From assembly GCF_000354175.2 (NCBI RefSeq), contig NC_022349.1, forward strand, positions 3,090,001 through 3,122,000: a stretch of DNA of 32,000 bases, in the 5' to 3' direction. A program made the position numbers and the translations under genes. Origin of the DNA: Vibrio alginolyticus NBRC 15630 = ATCC 17749 (GTDB taxonomy: Bacteria; Pseudomonadota; Gammaproteobacteria; Enterobacterales; Vibrionaceae). The notes under the pieces were generated by a model, which was given only the letters and a program-made list of their open reading frames with translations, did no database searches and was not told where the DNA came from. Positions 27,860 to 32,000 of this stretch are shown in pieces; the first letter of the stretch is position 1, and each line of letters starts with the position of its first letter.

Positions 27860-30433
27860 TTAGTTTGCAACGATGTTCAGAAGTTTACCTGGAACGTAAA
27901 TGACTTTACGAATAGTCAGGCCATCAGTGAACTTAACCACGTTTTCGTCGTTTAGACCAAGCTGTTCGATATCGTCTTTAGAGATATCCGCTGGGACTGT
28001 TAGCTTCGCACGTAGCTTACCGTTAACTTGAACAACGATGGTTTTTTCGTCTTCAACTAGCGCTTTTTCGTCAAACGTCGGCCATGCCGCGTTATCAATG
28101 TCTGTTTCACCTAGTGCTGCCCATAGCTCGTATGAGATATGCGGAGTGATAGGGTAAAGCATGACAACAATAGCTTTCAGTGCTTCGTCAAGGATTGCAC
28201 GATCTTGCGCAGATTCTTGAGGCGCTTTCGCTAGTTTGTTCATCAGCTCCATGATCGCTGCGATCGCGGTGTTGAATGTTTGACGACGAGCGATATCGTC
28301 CGTCACTTTCGCGATAGTTTTGTGAACGTCGCGGCGAAGTGCTTTTTGATCACCAGAAAGCGCTGAGGTATCTACTGCTTCTGCTGCGCCTTTCGCTGTG
28401 TGCTCTTTCACTAGTTTCCAAACACGTTTTAGGAAGCGGTTCGCACCTTCTACGCCAGACTCTTGCCATTCAAGTGTCATGTCCGCTGGAGACGCGAACA
28501 TCATGAATAGACGTACTGTGTCAGCGCCGTACTTGTCTACCATTTCTTGAGGGTCGATACCGTTGTTCTTAGACTTAGACATCTTGATCATGCCTGAGTG
28601 CGTTACATCACGACCTTCAGTGTCTTTAGCAGAAGTTATGCGGCCTTTACCATCACGTTCAACGGCTACGTCTGTTGGAGCTACCCACTCTTTGCCGCCT
28701 TTCTCGTTCTCGAAGTAGAACGCATCAGCCAGTACCATGCCTTGACACAGTAGTTGCTTGAACGGTTCGTCAGAAGTTACGTAACCCGCATCGCGCAGTA
28801 GTTTGTGGAAGAAGCGTGAGTACAGTAGGTGCATACAAGCGTGCTCGATACCACCGATGTACTGATCTACTGGTAGCCAGTAGTTTGCTTTTTCTGGGTC
28901 TAGGATGTCGTCCGCTTGTGGTGAACAGTAACGCGCGTAGTACCAAGAAGATTCCATGAACGTATCGAACGTATCTGTCTCACGTAGAGCAGGTTCGCCG
29001 TTAAAGGTTGTCTTCGCCCACTCTTTGTCTGCTTTGATTGGGCTGGTTACGCCGTCCATTACCACGTCTTCTGGAAGAATCACTGGTAGTTGGTCAGCAG
29101 GTACTGGGTGAACTTCACCGTCTTCAGTCGTTACCATTGGGATTGGTGCGCCCCAGTAACGTTGACGAGATACACCCCAGTCGCGTAGACGGAAGTTTAC
29201 AGTCTTAGTGCCTTTGCCTTCTGCTTCTAGCTTCGCTGCAATTGCATCGAACGCCGCTTGGAATTCTAGGCCGTCGAATTCACCAGAATCGAACAGTACG
29301 CCTTTCTCTGTGTATGCCGCTTCAGAAATGTCTAGCTCGCTGCCATCAGCAGGCTTGATAACAGGCACGATGTCTAGACCGTACTTCGTTGCGAACTCGT
29401 AGTCACGTTGGTCGTGTGCAGGTACTGCCATTACCGCGCCTGTACCGTAGTCCATCAGTACGAAGTTTGCTACGTAAACAGGAACTTCACGGCCGTTCAA
29501 TGGATGAATAGCAGTAAGGCCAGTAGCCATACCTTTCTTCTCCATTGTCGCTAGCTCAGCTTCTGCAACCTTGTTGTTCTTACATTCGTCGATAAACGCT
29601 GCAAGCTCTGGGTTGTTCTCTGCAGCAAGAGCTGCAAGAGGGTGGCCGGCTGCGATGCCCACGTAAGTCACACCCATTAGCGTATCTGGACGTGTTGTGT
29701 AAACTTCTAGGTCTTGTTGACCCTTAACTTCAAACTTCAGCTCAACGCCTTCAGAGCGGCCAATCCAGTTGCGCTGCATGGTTTTTACCATTTCAGGCCA
29801 ACCTTCAAGCTTATCTAGGTCGTCTAGTAGCTCTTGAGCGTATTCAGTGATTTTGATGAACCATTGAGGGATTTCTTTTTGCTCTACAGGCGTATCACAA
29901 CGCCAGCAACAACCGTCTTCAACCTGCTCGTTTGCAAGAACAGTTTGGTCGTTAGGACACCAGTTAACAGAAGAAGTCTTTTTGTAAACTAAACCTTTCT
30001 CGTAAAGTTTAGTGAAGAACTCTTGTTCCCAGCGGTAGTACTCCGGTGTACATGTTGCGAATTCACGGTTCCAATCGTAACCAAAGCCTAGAAGCTTAAG
30101 TTGGTTCTTCATGTATTCGATGTTTTCGTAAGTCCAAGGTGCTGGCGCAGTTTTGTTTTTTACTGCTGCGTTTTCTGCAGGTAGACCGAATGCGTCCCAA
30201 CCGATTGGTTGCATCACGTTTTTGCCTTGTAGGCGTTGGAAACGAGATACTACATCACCGATAGTGTAGTTGCGCACGTGACCCATGTGCAGTCGACCAC
30301 TTGGGTATGGGAACATGGACAGACAGTAGAATTTTTCTTTATTTGGGTCTTCACTTACAACAAAGGTTTTGTTGTCATCCCAGTGCTTTTGAACTTTTTG
30401 TTCAATATCTTGTGGGTTGTATTGTTCTTGCAT
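27860..30433 (-). CDS. leuS: Leucine--tRNA ligase
   Basis: 857 aa. HIGH-type motif ([11 protein letters not shown]) and KMSKS ([10 protein letters not shown]). Class I LeuRS sequence throughout. Confidence 0.98.
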   Translation of the reverse strand: MQEQYNPQDIEQKVQKHWDDNKTFVVSEDPNKEKFYCLSMFPYPSGRLHMGHVRNYTIGDVVSRFQRLQGKNVMQPIGWDAFGLPAENAAVKNKTAPAPWTYENIEYMKNQLKLLGFGYDWNREFATCTPEYYRWEQEFFTKLYEKGLVYKKTSSVNWCPNDQTVLANEQVEDGCCWRCDTPVEQKEIPQWFIKITEYAQELLDDLDKLEGWPEMVKTMQRNWIGRSEGVELKFEVKGQQDLEVYTTRPDTLMGVTYVGIAAGHPLAALAAENNPELAAFIDECKNNKVAEAELATMEKKGMATGLTAIHPLNGREVPVYVANFVLMDYGTGAVMAVPAHDQRDYEFATKYGLDIVPVIKPADGSELDISEAAYTEKGVLFDSGEFDGLEFQAAFDAIAAKLEAEGKGTKTVNFRLRDWGVSRQRYWGAPIPMVTTEDGEVHPVPADQLPVILPEDVVMDGVTSPIKADKEWAKTTFNGEPALRETDTFDTFMESSWYYARYCSPQADDILDPEKANYWLPVDQYIGGIEHACMHLLYSRFFHKLLRDAGYVTSDEPFKQLLCQGMVLADAFYFENEKGGKEWVAPTDVAVERDGKGRITSAKDTEGRDVTHSGMIKMSKSKNNGIDPQEMVDKYGADTVRLFMMFASPADMTLEWQESGVEGANRFLKRVWKLVKEHTAKGAAEAVDTSALSGDQKALRRDVHKTIAKVTDDIARRQTFNTAIAAIMELMNKLAKAPQESAQDRAILDEALKAIVVMLYPITPHISYELWAALGETDIDNAAWPTFDEKALVEDEKTIVVQVNGKLRAKLTVPADISKDDIEQLGLNDENVVKFTDGLTIRKVIYVPGKLLNIVAN

Positions 30434-30586
30434 CGATGGTATCCGTTATCTTGGAATTTGTGAGTTCGGTTAGAACAGACTTAAATAGATCGTCATAGAA
30501 TACCTAAAGCTAGGGATCACAACAATAGCCAATCTGTACCCATGCGCCCTTAAGTGACGCAGGTAGGAGAAAGATGGAGGTCAGTT

Positions 30587-31057
30587 ATGCCTAAACGTAA
30601 AACAGGTTATGAGGAAATGCTCGAGGATGTGATTGAAACCTTGAAGCACAGTCCGGAAGAAGTTAACAAAGCGATTGAGACGTCGGGCAAAGTGGTGGAT
30701 GCTGCTAATGACTTGACCAAAGATGAATTGGCTTTAATCAAAGCGTACCTTAAAGCAGACTTAAAAGAGTTTTCAGAGAGTTACGAGGATAGCAAAAGCG
30801 GCCCGTTTTACTTAACGATTGCGGACTCGATATGGCAAGGGCTGTTAGAGATTACTGACCGAACTAAAGTTGAGTGGGTTGAGTTGTTCGATGACTTAGA
30901 GCATCAAGGGCTATATGAAGCAGGAGAGGTGATAGGCTTAGGCACTTTAGTCTGTGATGAATGTGGTCACAAGACAACGTATAACCACCCAACTGTAATC
31001 ATTCCGTGTATTAAATGTGGTCACAAAGGCTTTACTCGTCAGTCATTAAAGCCATAA
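30587..31057 (+). CDS. ybeL: YbeL-family (DUF1451) zinc-ribbon protein
   Basis: ATG at 30587 lies 6 nt after GGAGG; the track start at 30554 is a GTG extension. ITDRTKVEW, GLGTLVCDECGH and CIKCGH parallel E. coli YbeL. It is divergent from leuS here; E. coli ybeL is also leuS-adjacent, orientation not recalled. Confidence 0.8.
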   Translation: MPKRKTGYEEMLEDVIETLKHSPEEVNKAIETSGKVVDAANDLTKDELALIKAYLKADLKEFSESYEDSKSGPFYLTIADSIWQGLLEITDRTKVEWVELFDDLEHQGLYEAGEVIGLGTLVCDECGHKTTYNHPTVIIPCIKCGHKGFTRQSLKP

Positions 31058-31090
31058 ATGGCGCGTAACGACAGTATAATGCTATGAATA

Positions 31091-31116
31091 AAAAGAGGCT
31101 TAGTCGCCTCTTTTTT
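31091..31116. terminator. Bidirectional intrinsic terminator between ybeL (+) and lnt (-)
   Basis: AAAAGAGGC-TTAGTC-GCCTCTTTTTT, with A-rich sequence upstream and T-rich sequence downstream. Confidence 0.8.
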
Positions 31117-31140
31117 GTCTTTTCTACTTTCAAGCTGTTA

Positions 31141-32000
31141 TCAGCTCTGTTTTCTTCTTAAGCCGAGCGCCAGCGCTAAACTTAACCCAACCCAAATATA
31201 CAATGGCCAAGTACCAACGATTCGATATGGCGTTTGTCCATTGGTTGGGGTGAGCTCTGCGCGCAGTACTGCAGTTTCAAACTGCGGTACTTGCTCAACG
31301 ATTTTACCTTTGTGATCGGTTACCGCTGTTAATCCGTTGTTAGTCGAGCGGATGAGCGGTTTACCTAACTCTAAGGCACGCATACGGGCGATCTCCATAT
31401 GCTGAAGAGGACCGATAGAGTGACCAAACCATGCATCATTTGAAAGCGTTAGAATGAAGTCTGTTTCGTCAGTCACATTTTGACGCACTTGCTCATTAAA
31501 GATGATCTCATAGCAAAGCGCTGGTGCCATGTGCATGCCATTCGCAACGATGTTTGGCTGCACAAAAGCCCCACGGCTAAACGACGACATCGGTAGGTTA
31601 AAGAATGGCGCTAATGGGCGCAAAATATCTTCAAATGGTACAAACTCACCAAACGGTAGTAGGTGATGCTTATGGTAACGTTCGCTTAAATCGAAGCTGT
31701 AGTCACCGTATGGTGTGATGCCGAGGGACAGAATACTGTTGTAGAACTGTCGATCTTCAGCTTGGTTGACGACACCGGTGATGATTGCGCTGTTATTCAT
31801 TTTTGCAGCGCTGTCGATATTGCTCAAAAATGAAGGCACTTCAATTTCAAAAGCGGGAATTGCTGCTTCTGGCCAAACGATAATGTCAGCATCCCAGTTT
31901 TCACGAGTTAAGTCAGCGTACTTCATGATGGTTGGCCAGCGTTGACTTGGTAGCCACTTTAGGTTTTGGTCTACGTTACCTTGAATCAGCGCGAGCTTAG
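31141..32000 (-). CDS. lnt: Apolipoprotein N-acyltransferase, partial (N-terminus beyond window end)
   Basis: The track starts at an internal Met (31926). The same frame stays open to the window edge ([27 protein letters not shown]...). CN-hydrolase motifs [10 protein letters not shown] and PALCYEIIF, plus a C-terminal TM. Confidence 0.92.
   Translation of the reverse strand, partial: KLALIQGNVDQNLKWLPSQRWPTIMKYADLTRENWDADIIVWPEAAIPAFEIEVPSFLSNIDSAAKMNNSAIITGVVNQAEDRQFYNSILSLGITPYGDYSFDLSERYHKHHLLPFGEFVPFEDILRPLAPFFNLPMSSFSRGAFVQPNIVANGMHMAPALCYEIIFNEQVRQNVTDETDFILTLSNDAWFGHSIGPLQHMEIARMRALELGKPLIRSTNNGLTAVTDHKGKIVEQVPQFETAVLRAELTPTNGQTPYRIVGTWPLYIWVGLSLALALGLRRKQS

Noticed and set aside
1-32000. 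Scan for CRISPR arrays, rRNA/tRNA genes, integron attC/VCR-type repeats, ERIC elements and a dif site
   Set aside because: No regularly spaced direct repeats, cloverleaf-capable segments or matches to the consensus sequences I remember were seen in any intergenic region. All gaps over 130 bp were read individually.

Overview
The window reads as a gene-dense stretch of a Vibrio-type (Vibrionaceae) chromosome; species cannot be assigned from sequence alone. Almost all of it is conserved housekeeping DNA. Reading left to right: a large TPR/degenerate-GGDEF membrane protein that the ORF track omits because it runs off the left edge (1-2089, minus); queF; syd plus a coupled Zn-ribbon gene; metQIN with MetJ boxes; gmhB; treR-treB-treC with paired TreR operators; a three-gene lineage-specific interval (lipoprotein, CadC/ToxR-like membrane regulator, YitT-family protein); glyA with a PurR box; and the E. 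coli-like block lipA-lipB-ybeD-dacA-rlpA-rodA-mrdA-rlmH-rsfS-holA-lptE-leuS, then ybeL and a partial lnt. I found no rRNA, tRNA, CRISPR array, transposase, integrase, phage gene or recognisable defence system. There is no strong evidence for a new multi-gene system here. The best candidates for something undescribed are modest. (1) An orphan CadC/ToxR-type regulator with a downstream uncharacterised lipoprotein, in the variable treC-glyA interval. (2) The TPR sensor whose GGDEF signature is replaced by FSDAN. (3) An ORF-free 460-bp glyA/lipA spacer with a 133-bp imperfect inverted-repeat element between two terminators. (4) Tight coupling of syd to a Zn-ribbon protein of unknown function. All functional calls rest on my own reading of the translations and on remembered family motifs and E. 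coli homologue sequences; no database search was run.
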